64,000 bases of DNA. Source: Lama guanicoe. Lineage: Eukaryota. Location of the stretch: assembly GCA_013239625.1 (NCBI GenBank), contig MU053304.1, positions 2,294,001 to 2,358,000 on the forward strand, in the 5' to 3' direction. Shown piece after piece: positions 1 through 11,665 of the stretch. Positions within the stretch are counted from its first letter, which is position 1. Each line of letters begins with the position of its first letter. A program made the position numbers and the translations under genes. The notes beneath the pieces are model-generated. The model was not told the DNA's origin, made no database searches, and was given only the letters and a program-made list of their open reading frames with translations.

Positions 1-101
1 GGCAAAATCCCTTTTGCCTTGTAATGTAACATGGTCTCTAGAGTGATTCCAGGGAATGAAGTCAGGGAGTCCGTCTTGGAATTACAACGCTGCTTCCCAC
101 A
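1..101. mobile_element. End of an MLT1-type (ERVL-MaLR) LTR fragment
   Basis: gcaaaatcccttttgccttgtaatgtaacat...cttcccaca resembles an MLT1 terminus. Confidence 0.45.
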
Positions 102-1029
102 GTGGGTGAAGCAGAGTAAATATCAAATTCACTGAAGAGAAAGATTTTTTTCTTTTTAACTCACTGGCAGGGATGAACATTCCTCTACACAGTATCATTC
201 CTCCTTTTCAGCATCATGGTCCACACTTCAGCTTCATCCTTTTTGCCTCCAGAGTCTAAAAGAGGCTTCAGATCTCTTACAGATGTGAGCAGTGACTCAG
301 AGTGTCATGGCGACATTTCAGGAACTCCTAGTCTTGACTCCGGCAGCTCTAGACCTGGAACTACAATTTTGAGATGTATTGAAGAATACCGAGGTTTCAC
401 ACACATTTTCTGTTAGGTTGAGCTTATAATTTTGTGTTTTCTTCATCTGACTGAAGCATTGCTGAGAATTAGTTTCCCTGAAAAACCAGCTGGAAGGATA
501 GACTGAAAGTGTCTTCTTGATGCGCTTCACTCCCACTGAACTCACCTGGCTTTGAGAATTTCTGTGGTATTTTTCCTGAGCTATTTGGCAAGTTTTTGTG
601 CTTTCAGCTTCATGGCCCAGTAAATAAACCACACCTTCCGTTTGTCCAGCATTTAACTTTGTGCAGCATGAAATTCTTGCCTTCCCTTGATGAAACGGAC
701 ACCATTCACGGCAGGAGCTGAGATGGCTGTATAAAGCAGCAAGTCTTATTTTGTCATTCAGGCAAGGAGGCTGAGGGGATCTCACGTTGCACCTTCTCCC
801 TGCTCCAGTGATTTCATCGCGCTGCTGCCAAATGGTTCTTCTTAAAATACCATTTGCATCTACATGCCATTCCTCTCCCAAGCTCTTCGGTGGCTCTCTG
901 CTGGCTGCTAAATCAGCTCAGTGCCTCCTGGCCAAGTTCATTTTTCCCTGTTTTCTAGATTAAAGCCTCTGCTGTAGTCAGGTTATACCTCGGTGTTTTC
1001 TTTCATGGACTGCTTCTGAATCCATTGCA

Positions 1030-1215
1030 TGCCTTGGTGCCGTACGCCTTACACTGCAGGATAATTAGGCTTTACATATTTGTTCTTCCCTGCAAGACTC
1101 AAAGCTTCTTAATCGTGGTAACCACGTCTTACCTCCCTTTGTAACTTTGGGGGTTGCCTAGGTCTGCCGTGTGGTAGGTACTCAAAAAACATTAGCTAAC
1201 CTGATTTGAATGTAC
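1030..1215 (+). mobile_element. L2 LINE 3' end fragment
   Basis: Decayed L2 tail: ...aaagcttcttaatcgtggtaaccacgtcttac...gtggtaggtactcaaaaaacatt...tgaatg. Confidence 0.6.
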
Positions 1216-1221
1216 CTATCC

Positions 1222-1790
1222 AGTTTATTTACTAAATAGTTATTGAGTCCCTCCTGGGCTCCTGCACTGTGCTAATGCTTGAAAGATGCAAGATGAATAG
1301 AGGTGACTTCTGGCCTTGAGAAGATCCTGTTTCTGCAGAAAGACATGATTTAGATCATTCTATGACAAAAGCTCTAACTGAGGTGTATATGCAACATGAG
1401 CACAGAGATCAAAGTGCTTTATTCTGCCTGGTAGGCCAGAGGAAGGCTGGATGAGCACCTTGGAGGAGGTGGTATTTGAGTGCATCTTAGGATGAGAGGG
1501 CATTTCCAGAGTGAGACTTGGAGATAGGATTGGGGATGGGAGAGCCATTCCAGGCTGAGAACACAAGATACGTGAGCACAGGTGTGTGTGTAAGGGGATG
1601 GTGACCAGCAACGTAATGTGCCTAATGTGTTAGCGTCTGAGAGCCAGGGGTGAAAGGAGGGCCACTAGGATAGAGACAGAAGCCAGATTAGAAAAAGCTT
1701 CAAATGCCTTGAGCTTTGCCCAGTAGAGAATGAGCAGCCATGAAAGGGTTTTCAGGAAGTGACATGATGAGATTAGCATTTCATTCCTTT
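1222..1790 (-). mobile_element. L2 LINE fragment
   Basis: ttattgagtccctcctgggctcctgcactgtgcta...gaggaggtggtatttgag...cattccaggctgaga...agccatgaaagggttttcagg, typical antisense L2. Confidence 0.7.
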
Positions 1791-3559
1791 CTTTCATACA
1801 AGCTTTAGGAAGATGAGAATTTGCCAGGCAGTTCCCTGGAGGCACCTGCCTCCTTGAAGTCCCTGCAGCACTTCCTGGTGGCTGGTGGCTGGGCTGCCTG
1901 GATCTCAGCCCCCTCCCTCCCTCCCTCCCTTCCTCCGGCAGCAGAATCCCAGGCAAGCCTTTTGCCCCAACCCCGCATCATGGCTTCCGTGCTGTGCTGA
2001 CTGCTCCTTATCCATCTCCTTCCTCTCTGCCTCCTTGTGGCTTCAACCCCACTGCCCTGCTCTGGAAACTGATACCGTTTCTGCTTAAAAGTCCTCTTTT
2101 TTTCCCCCAGTACGTTTAGGGGACAATAAATCCTTGATAGATTTAATCACTTGGTCCAGGGCTCTGTTCTTTCAACTTCTAAATTTATTGATTCTTGAAA
2201 GAACACAGAGAAGGAGTTGTCTCACCTTATTTCTCTATATGCCACTATTTTATCTCCTCAAATGGAGCAACTTGAGATGCTAAAAATCTGGCTCTTGAAC
2301 TTAAGGAAAGGACAGGAAACATTTAATACTCAGCTTTCTTTCATATGCCTTGAGTACCACAGGTACTCAGTAAGTACTTGCATGCAGAACTTGGGGAACA
2401 AATGATAAAGACCAGAATGGAACCAGAGAAGGTAAAACAAGGACTACATGGTAGAAGGTGGTTTCATGAAACCCTTTTAGCACTTTCTCAATTTTTGTTC
2501 CTCAGAGGATATGTTCTTGGAAAGATGGAAAACTATTTAAGAGAATTTTTTTTTTATTAAAAAACACCCTTCGATCCTTGAGAAGTCTTGTTATATAGGG
2601 CAAAATAGAAATAATGAATAAATATTTTTGATGAAATAAACCTTATAACAACCATGACAAATGAGAAATGTTCCAAATAGGCTTTTCTGGAGCTAAAACA
2701 ATTTCAGAGCCAATACTGTGACCCCCTCACTTAGGCTTCTGATCAACCTGGGCTCTGCTTGACAGATTTGCTTTGGTTTCTGATTTACAGTAACTTAAAA
2801 ATAAAAACAGAAGTAGATCTTTTAAATAAACTCGTTCTGGTTCCTTTCAATTTAGTTTCTCCCTTTGTATATTAAACTGGTATTCCCAAAGGTCCTTGAG
2901 ATTGTAAACAGTTCTACCTTGGAAACTTAACATTGCTTGTTTATGTAATCAATGTTATAAAAGCATTTTTATTTAAACTACACTTACAACAGGATTTTCC
3001 CCAGTTTTCTTCATTATTCTCTGCAAAGTGATATTTGTTTTTTTGGCAAAAAAGTTGGGGAATAAGAATTAAAATTCATTATGACCTGAAAATCAATGCA
3101 GATTGAATTTTGTAACCAGCCAATGAGAAAGATTTTCAAGTTTTTCTTGCCTGGAAAAGCTTGGGTTCAGTATTAGCACATTTCATATTACGTCACATGA
3201 AGGGGGACTGTTTGATTGGGTCTCCATCTATTTTACCTCTGAAACTCCTAGCATAGTGTTTGCACTAGTCTTAGAGTATGTACCGCTATCTGTAGCTTAT
3301 CCGCTACTCTAGCCTGAGGTCTTCAAGGGCAAGCTCTAAGGCGCTTTGGGTACCTGGCTGCACCCAGCATGGTTCTCTGTGTCGAGTATGGACTCAGGGA
3401 TACTGCTTTGAGGAAGTCACAGATGTGTTTTCCTAGCGTTGCATATGTCGATCTCTCAACTGCAAAGGAGGAGGGAGCAGATCGGAGAACAAGGGAGTTA
3501 CAGTATATTTTGACCATACAGAGTATGGAGGGACAGCAGATAAACAAGGACAAGCAAAG

Positions 3560-4450
3560 GTCAAATAGATCATTTGGGATCTGGGCTAGAGTTTAAGGGA
3601 AAGAGATGTGTGTATTACAGATGTACATTTGTGAGTTGACAGTGTGAAAATCTTGGAAGTCTCGAGGGGAGGAATTCTTTCAGAGAGAAGGTTTAGATGA
3701 CAAAGAAAAATGGGAGAGAGATAAAGGAAAAGCAGGATTCAGCCAGAGAGACCACCCACAGTGGGAGGACAAGTAGGAACCCAAGGCGGAACAAGAGAGG
3801 GTGTTGTGAGAGGTGGGAAGTGAAACAGGGATGGTGCCATCTGTAAAATGAGAACAGGAGAGATTTCCTGAAGGGCAGCAGGGTGGTCCAGGAGAGTGAA
3901 TGGGAAAAAAAGGCTTGAGATTTCACTGCGGGGAAGTTACTGAGGATTGAGGAAAAGAGCCAAAGGATTTTTAGGAGTGGAAGCCATACCTGGGAGGATT
4001 AAGGAGAGATTGGGTGTTGAGGAAAGAGAGCACTGGTTCTGAAATTTTACTTAAGATTCATGTAGGAAGCTTGTTTAAAGTATAGATTCCTGGGCCTTAC
4101 CCAAAGAGACTCTGATTTAGGAGGCCTGGGCATGGGTTAATGGAGCTGCATTTTTAACTAGTCTTCGTCCTGATTTCAAATTATAGGTGGTCTGCTGGAC
4201 CACTTTTTGAGAAATACCACGACAGAAGTGATCAGTGTACCCTGCTGTTTTTGGAAGTGAAGCAAGGAAAGGAAGCCAAGAGACGAAGCACTGGGGAGAA
4301 GTAACAGCAGGGTGATGCAGCCTTGGGAGAAGGGATTCTGATTCAAACCCAGAGAGGAAGAGACCAGTGGTAGAAGACAAGGAAGATACCAGGATGGACA
4401 GGGACATGTGTGAGGCCAGTATCCTTAAGTGACTTCTCAGGAAAAGAGCA
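3560..4450 (-). mobile_element. Old L2 fragment interrupted by a MER5-type element
   Basis: Purine-rich sequence typical of antisense L2 on both sides of the MER5. Confidence 0.5.
4031..4220. mobile_element. MER5-type hAT-Charlie non-autonomous DNA transposon
   Basis: cactggttctgaaa...gcttgtttaaagtatagattcctgggcc...tgcatttttaac...ggaccactttttgagaaataccac, with decayed terminal inverted repeats. Confidence 0.75.
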
Positions 4451-5473
4451 AGGGCTCAGGAGTTGAGTTGATCTTTTGTGAGGGTTAGGTGCCTAGTTTG
4501 GGTGACCGTGAATGGAGGGGAGCATGAAAAAAGTACAGTGAATGGTGGCTGACTTCCCTGTGACTGTTGTCTTTGTGACCTTGCTGTGTCCACAGCAGAC
4601 GTTTAGTTGTTCTTTGCACCTTTTGCACAGTCATGTGGCCATCTCGACTGCAGACATAATTCAAGTCACTTTTTAGTATTTCATTGCATTTATGCTTCAC
4701 AATGCAAACTTTTAAAATTATGGGATTTTTTTCCTATAAAAACATCCATCTATAAATCCATCAGCATTCTCTAATCTGTGGTGGCATGACAGATGGGCAA
4801 GGCTTTTGTGAGAAATACAAAAGTGACTAAGTAGTATATTAGTATATTTTACTAGAATACTAATATAGATCAAAAATATCCCAATGCATATATATTATAT
4901 AATTATAAATGCTATGTTTTTAGCTTCATGGAGCGAAAAAAAGTAAAAAAAAAAAATAGTGGTTGAATGCGTTCTGTCCCTGTCTTTGCTTAGATTTCCT
5001 CAATAGGCAAGTAGAAATCTCAGTGTATGTTTTGACATCTATTGACAGGCTATTTATAGTCATTTATAGAAAATAGATTATATATATTTTATAGATATAC
5101 TGTATTATATATATTTATATTAAAGTCATTTATAGAAAATAGAGTTGTTAGTTTGTTCATAACTTATTTATATGGTTTATCATCAAAATTATTTCTTAAA
5201 AGCTATTTCATATCTTGGACAAGTTTTAGATCAAGCTAATCAAGTCCCTTCTACCCTAACTAATTAAAAGTAAACAAATGCCATCTGACCCTTGGGAACT
5301 ATCTAGGCACACTTAACTGAAGGATCATGGAGAATCATAGGACTATATTCAATGTCGAAAATTAATCATCTCCTAAATTCATTAGTTCTTTGCATGATAC
5401 TTTTACTAATAAACAATACCATATTTAAAAAAAAACTATGAAAAGCTCCCATGTATGTTGATTTTGTGTCACA

Positions 5474-5495
5474 NNNNNNNNNNNNNNNNNNNNNN
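5474..5495. other. Assembly gap (22 N)
   Basis: Run of n in the sequence, next to a poly-C tract. Confidence 1.
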
Positions 5496-7418
5496 ACTTG
5501 CTTCTCTTCCCCCCCCCCCACCCCGTTCCTTCCCTTCCTCTCTCCGGGTTTCCACTAGTCTCCAGTTCTAAGTCTATTTTATTGCTGCTTCTCCATCCTT
5601 CTTTCTCATCTAAGTAATATTTACCCCTTTGCTCTGGATTTTCAGAGATGGGTCTGTGTCCCAGAAAACCTAGAAGAGTGAGTAGCTGTTGACAGAAATC
5701 AAGTATCTTAAGCATCACTGACTGAACAGACCAGCACTTGCTGAAGCTTCTTGTACTGTTTCTATAAACGGGTTTTACCATCAGACTTGCTATTTACAAG
5801 CCCTATAGGATCTAGACATAAATCTCAGTTGGTCAGTCTGAGAGCTGCTGATTTATGTTTTAATGATGTCTGTTTTGGAGGCACCTAAAGAACAATGTAT
5901 TTAATTTGTGTGGTGTGTGATGCAGGAAGACAGTATAGCCCCATCACAGGAACCGTGTGCTCACTCCCAACAATGTGGAGATGATACCGTTTATATGTAC
6001 TTACATATGCTGATCCTCTGGGCTATTTTGCAGCCCCTAAGATGAGAAAATAAGGTTTGCTTTGATAAAAACTTACATGCCTTCAGCTCTGTTCCTAAGA
6101 GCCAAGGTCTTTAAGAATGCAAATACTCTACTTCCTTCAAAATTGCCTTAAATGCTAAAAGTGTATTCACCAGCTTGGGGCAAGTTACCTTAACCTCAAT
6201 TTTGCTTAAATCCAGTAGAAACTTGTTTGGAACCTGAAATAGTGTTTGGTGATTTCTTTAAAAGGCGATTCCGGTGCTGCTGTGCTGCGTGATGTGTAGA
6301 CGCCCTGCTGAATACGTACAAGTCAGGACAGAGCAAGTTGTCCATCTCCCTGCTGTAAAGGGATGGTGTTAAATTTACTGCAGACAGGAGCGTACTGCTC
6401 TTGTGAGAAGACAAGTTTACTCCAAACTCCAGTACAGAGCAGGACAATGCAATGAAACCAGAAGCTAATCCTCTCATTTTTGGATAAAGCTTAGTTTTAA
6501 AATAAATTGTTTGTTTGTTTTTTAAGGCTGGCTGTAGTTGTTTGGTCACATGCTAGCTTCAAGATGTCACCAGTTACCCAGCTTGTGAAGCTAACCCCAT
6601 TTTAGGCCATGCAGTTCAGGTTAAGCTCCTTGCTGAGCCATGCTGTCCGTATTGCAGCCCTGGGAAGGTGGCCTGGGCTTTTCTGCTTGGTTTCCAGGTT
6701 TGCAAGCACTCTGATACCTTTTAGAGCTCCTTGGAAGATCTTTTTGCGCTCTGTTGTAATCCTTCCGTCTCAGTGTTCACGGTGTGCTCAAAGCCTCCAT
6801 CAAGTTTGGTGAGTACCTTGACCTGAAAACAGCAGAGGCACCACGGTCAAATCCACAAGAGTACACGGTTTTAATGTGGTGGCTTTAAAGCCACAGCTAA
6901 AAATCTCAATGAACCTGCGTGTCCATCACACTAGATTTGAGGTGAACATCTATAGCTTTATGCAAAGGTAGTGGACACCTGGATGTTAAAATGATAATAG
7001 TACAATTTGTAAGATTTAAAAAGAAAACATCTCCAATTCGATATTATTTTCTTTTAGCCTATTGTGGTTGACTAATTTTTAAAAAGTATAGAAAAATGTT
7101 TGGTCTATAGTGAAATAGTGAGTTGTACTATTGGATTCTTTGACATTCGTAGAGCTAGATTGATGGACTCAGACATAGTTTGCCTTTGGAAATGCAAATT
7201 CAGCTGACAAGAGAAGATCGTAGCTGTTACTTGTGTAGATTTGTATATGATCCCATGGGGGTTTAAACCTATAAGGAGTGATCCTAGCCATTTTGGAATA
7301 TCAAATACAAAATTTCAATATTATGGCTGTTAGATAAATTAAATTACTTTTGTAAGGATGGTGTGGAAAATGTTTCCATTTATTGAGAAATGATATTTAG
7401 AAATAAAATGGGGAATTC

Positions 7419-7550
7419 TTTTTTGGGGGTAGGTGATTAGGTTTGTTTGTTTGTTTGTTTATTGTTATTTTTTAATGGAGATACTGGGGCTTGAACCCAG
7501 GACCTCATGGATGCTAAGCACACACTCTACCACTGAGCTATACCCTCCCT
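7419..7550 (-). mobile_element. tRNA-derived SINE, camelid vic-1-like
   Basis: Minus strand reads GGGAGGGTATAGCTCAGTGG (A box)...GGGTTCAAGCCCC (B box), then an (AAAC)n tail and CCTAATCACCTACCCCCAAAAAA. Degenerate TSD taaaatggggaattctt / taaaacagggacttctt. Confidence 0.88.
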
Positions 7551-7879
7551 GCTAAAACAGGGACTTCTTGTAATGGGCCATTACTTCTTCTTCACCATAA
7601 CATCTTTTGCCCTATGGATTGTAACAGTTTCAAAAAGTTGGCTGTGGTTATGAACTAGGAGATGCTGAAGAGTCTTCTTCTACCTTTCCTCCATAGCCTC
7701 TTCTTTTCTAGCTGTATTATTTCAAAAACAGAGCTACAGTTTCTTCCTGGAAGATTTAATCACATCCAATAGAACCTAACATGTCTGTCTTTCCGTGTAT
7801 GCCAGAAAGGCATTTTAAAAACAAGACAAAATACCACTGGTTTTATATATATATATATATATGATGTTAAGGATTGCTC

Positions 7880-8030
7880 AGCTGAACTCCCTCTGTTCTC
7901 AGTTTTCCCCATCTGTCAAGTGGGACAGTAAGAGCATCCTCCCTCACTAGGCTTGTTACTAAGTGACTAAGGAGTGTAGAGCCATTCACAGAGAGCCTGG
8001 TACTTAGCAAGCACTCAGAAAATATTAAAC
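7880..8030 (+). mobile_element. MIR SINE
   Basis: Core ctctgttctcagttttccccatctgtcaagtggga...cctggtacttagcaagcactca. Confidence 0.75.
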
Positions 8031-10649
8031 TAGAGCCACAAGCAAAGCAACAGCAACAGCAAGAACAACAAAACCTCAGCGAGGAAAACACTCTCCCACG
8101 GCCAGTGTGATATGTCACTTCAACACGACGCTGCTTCAAGGACTTGAGGGCTGGAACGGGCTGCTGCAGGTGGGAATTGTAACTGCACCCCACCCCCCAA
8201 CCCCGGTCAGTTTACTGGATGAAGCTCTCCAACTCAGGGGTGCTTCTGACTCTGAGGTGTTTGTTTTTCAATCACAGTGAAGATGTATGTAAAGAACACA
8301 ATTTTCTATGGTTCTCTAGTGTTAGTAATAGTTACTTGTTTTCCAAGGAAAGAACCCAGGGAAATAAAGCACTAACAGCCACACTTCCTTCCCTTGATGG
8401 AACAGATGGGTCTAAACGTAGATGTCCGTTTCTGGAAGTCACATCGTCTGAAGAGTGAGGAGTTCTTTTCCCTGAGCAGTATATGGATTGTTCTGGAAGG
8501 TTTGTACACACTGTAATGAAGAGTCTGATGCCAGTTTGTGATGTTTGACTGCTGACAGCTTAGTAGTCTTCTGCCAGCCTCTGGGTGGACTGATAAGAGA
8601 GCCTAGGTGCCCCCTCCTTTGGTGCCATAGGAACCCACACTCAGAATCCTCAGCCCTGCCCCAGCCCCTCACCAGGTTTGGAAACCTCAAGCCAGTGTCC
8701 TTTCCTTGCTGTCTTAAGCTGTTGTTGGACTTGCTTTTGAAGCCTGCCCTCCCGTCCCCACGAGGCCTCCTCATCCCCTCTTGGGAGTCGTGTGCGTGGC
8801 GTTTTCAGTCTCAACATTCTCACCAAAGTTGGAGTGGAGGTCCATCCTCTTCCTGCAGAGTGGCCACAACAGTACTGGATAGAAGATGTCTTATCAGAGC
8901 TTCGTATCTGCATTTTATATGTTCTTTGCATGCTCTAAATATTGTCAGAATGACTTTATTGTTATTCTGTTATTTCCTTCTGAAAATAATGACAGGCAGG
9001 TGGAATTCCACCTGTTTGTGTGCCTGTATGCTTTCCCATCCAGGTTGTGAGGTCTGAGAATACAAAGCCAACCTTTTGCTGAATTCTGCAGCACTCCCTA
9101 GAGAACCAGTGTTAACACTTGGGCATTTCTCAGTAAATGTTGGTTGAGGTGTTAAATAATGATCAAACTATGTCTAAAATGCATAGATTGTACCTTGGAG
9201 AAATAGCTGCCAGGTGCCATTCCGTTGCCTTTGCTTTATGCCAGTCAACTCCGGTCCTGACAGTAGGGAAGGGCTGTTTTCTCCGTTGCCTTGAATTCCT
9301 TTGCTAGTGAGTTCTAGAATGCTGACTCTTTTCTCAAGGGGGAAATTATGATCTCAGTGCACCTTGGAAAATTACCCTCAGGGTTTTAATTCTTTTAATT
9401 TAAGGATTAATGTGCACGTGTGTGTCTTTGAGTGTGCGTTGTAAGTGTTTGTGTTCTACTTGGATAGGGAAAGTCGGGTGGGGAAGGATTTAAGAAATTG
9501 TGAGACAAATGGAGCTCATGTTTCTGATGACGGTGGACACCTCCAGCACGCAGCAAAGCCAACCGTTTCTACTGTTTACAGAATCCCGGTGCGAGATCTG
9601 CTTGGTCACCGGAGTGGGAAAAACAGTCACCAACATTGCTTATCATGTATGTTACATCTACTCTGCTTTGGGGAAAAAAAATTTTTTTCTCTTTCACTAA
9701 AGATTGTTCTAGAACTTAACATTATTTGTCCGAGGAGGGCAACTCCAGAATCCTGAATTCTTTCGGAAGGTCAAGAGAGGAGCTCCCCTCAGGGTGCTCA
9801 AGTGTGTAGTTTAAATTGAAGGCAAAGTTTCAATGCAAGTGCCGGGTCCTTCCCACTCAGCAAAGATCTTTCTTTCCAGGCATCTTACTCAAGAATGTGC
9901 TGTTAATCTGTGCAGGCTGTTAAAGTCAAAGGCAAACTATCAGTATGGGGCCAGTGACTGGCATCCGGTGATGGCTCTCTGGAGCCTGGCTCACTTAAAA
10001 GGCTACTCTAGGTTCATTACATTTCACAGTTTTCAAAGCCACCATCTGCTCCCTCCACGGAATTGCTGTACCATTCCATGGCACCCGCACATTTTCCATT
10101 AGGCTCGCTTCAAAAAGTCTACATGATTAGACGGCTCTCTTTGGAATCAGCATCCAAGTAAAGTAGGTTTTATTTCTGTTTAATTATGTTTTTACTCGTA
10201 GAAGTAAAAAAGAATAGAAGATTCTAGTATGCTCATGTGCCGTGATGATGACTCCAAAATTTCTCTTCATCAAACAGCTACAGTTTAAATTATTTTAAGC
10301 CATTGATGGTAGTAGGGAGTTGCAGTGTGGCTCTTCAAAAACACCAAACAAGTAAGCTTTTTCTTTTTCCTTCTCTGACATGGTGACTTTGCTTTGTCAA
10401 AAATTGGAGAATGTACAGATTTAAAGAATTAATTCTGAGACAATTATGCTTTGAGGAAGTTGGAAGGATGTTCAATGCTTACTACCATTCAAAAGAGTTC
10501 CCTGAAAGGCATAATAATTTACAGGCATTCCAGACCATTCCCTTTCCTCTAGACTGCCTGGTAGATACCCAAACTCTGCCTAGTTCATTGTTTCCCTTCC
10601 CAAATTGTTTTTTTCTTCCACAACTGGCACCACCCTCTCCCACAACCTG

Positions 10650-11262
10650 ACTCACCCAATATCATCACCTCCATGATCACCAACATCTGGTCTAGCTTGA
10701 TTTTACTTTCTACTAACTTCTTCTCGTTCCCACCTCCCTAATTTATACCAGTACCTTCTTTTACCCTAACTATTGCAGTAGACTTTTCACTTGCCTGCCT
10801 GCCATCCATCCCCCAGTCCATTCTCTCCATTGCAATAAAAGGATCCTTCTCAAATAAAAGATCTGTGAATGCTCTTTGCCCATTTGAAACTCTTGAATGG
10901 CCACACCTTTGAGGTCAAGATGACATGGAAGCTTCTTCATGTGACTTACACATCAATTCCTTCTCCAGCCTCAACATGTCCTCCTGCCTCCTTTAGTTCT
11001 TCAGGTCTCAGCTTCACATCCCTTCCTTTGGGTTTCTTCCCTGCTCCCCTACGTTTGGGCTTGGAGTCCTCCTCTGAGCCTCAGGGTACCCAGTGTTTCC
11101 CTGAACACAGGAGCTGGCGCACTGATGGTTAAGCGTATGTTTATATCTCTGTATCATCCACTGGAGTGCAAGCTTCATGAGACCAGGGATTCTGCTCCCT
11201 GTGAAATCCCCAGCATCTAGGAAAATGCCTGGTGCAAGGTATTCAATGTTTGTTGAATAAAG
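10650..11262 (+). mobile_element. L2 LINE 3' portion
   Basis: Pyrimidine-rich body ending in ctggagtgcaagcttcatgagaccaggga...cccagcatctaggaaaatgcctgg...tttgttgaataa. Confidence 0.75.
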
Positions 11263-11446
11263 GAAATTTCACCTTTGGGAAATGTTATAAGGTGAGATTA
11301 AAACGTCATTCAACAGAATTCACAATTGGTTTATTGAGTTGTACTTGCTAGAATCCCCCTGCGAAGTGAAGACATCACGACACTTACCTAGTAAACTTAT
11401 CAGCGGGGCTCATTGGGCTGATTCAGTGCTCAGTTCAGTTCAGCCT

Positions 11447-11665
11447 TGTAGCATGGTTGAAAATGAAGCACAGTGAAACTGGGTTCAATGTTTGGGTTCA
11501 AGCCCCAGCAATACGCCTTAGACAGGAGGACTAGGGAATTTGACTTCTCTGAGACTCAGTTTCCTCCTCTGAGGTGACATGACCCTGAAGCTTACATGTG
11601 TGATCATATGTAAAAACTCCTAGCTTGGTGCCTAGCACATGGCAGGTATTCAGTAAATGCTGGTT
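11447..11665 (+). mobile_element. MIR SINE
   Basis: tgtagcatggttgaaa...gggttcaagcccca...ctcagtttcctc...gtgcctagcacatggcaggtattcagtaaatg. Confidence 0.75.

Noticed and set aside
318..881. 187-aa minus-strand ORF, the longest in the track
   Set aside because: Non-ATG start, no recognisable domain or codon bias, and antisense within an intron. Consistent with chance.
7480..7550. tRNA gene
   Set aside because: A and B boxes are present, but they are followed by a SINE tail and TSD, and multiple diverged copies exist. It is a SINE, not a tRNA.
8545..9057. 170-aa ORF on the + strand
   Set aside because: Non-ATG start, random composition, and no homology that I recognise.
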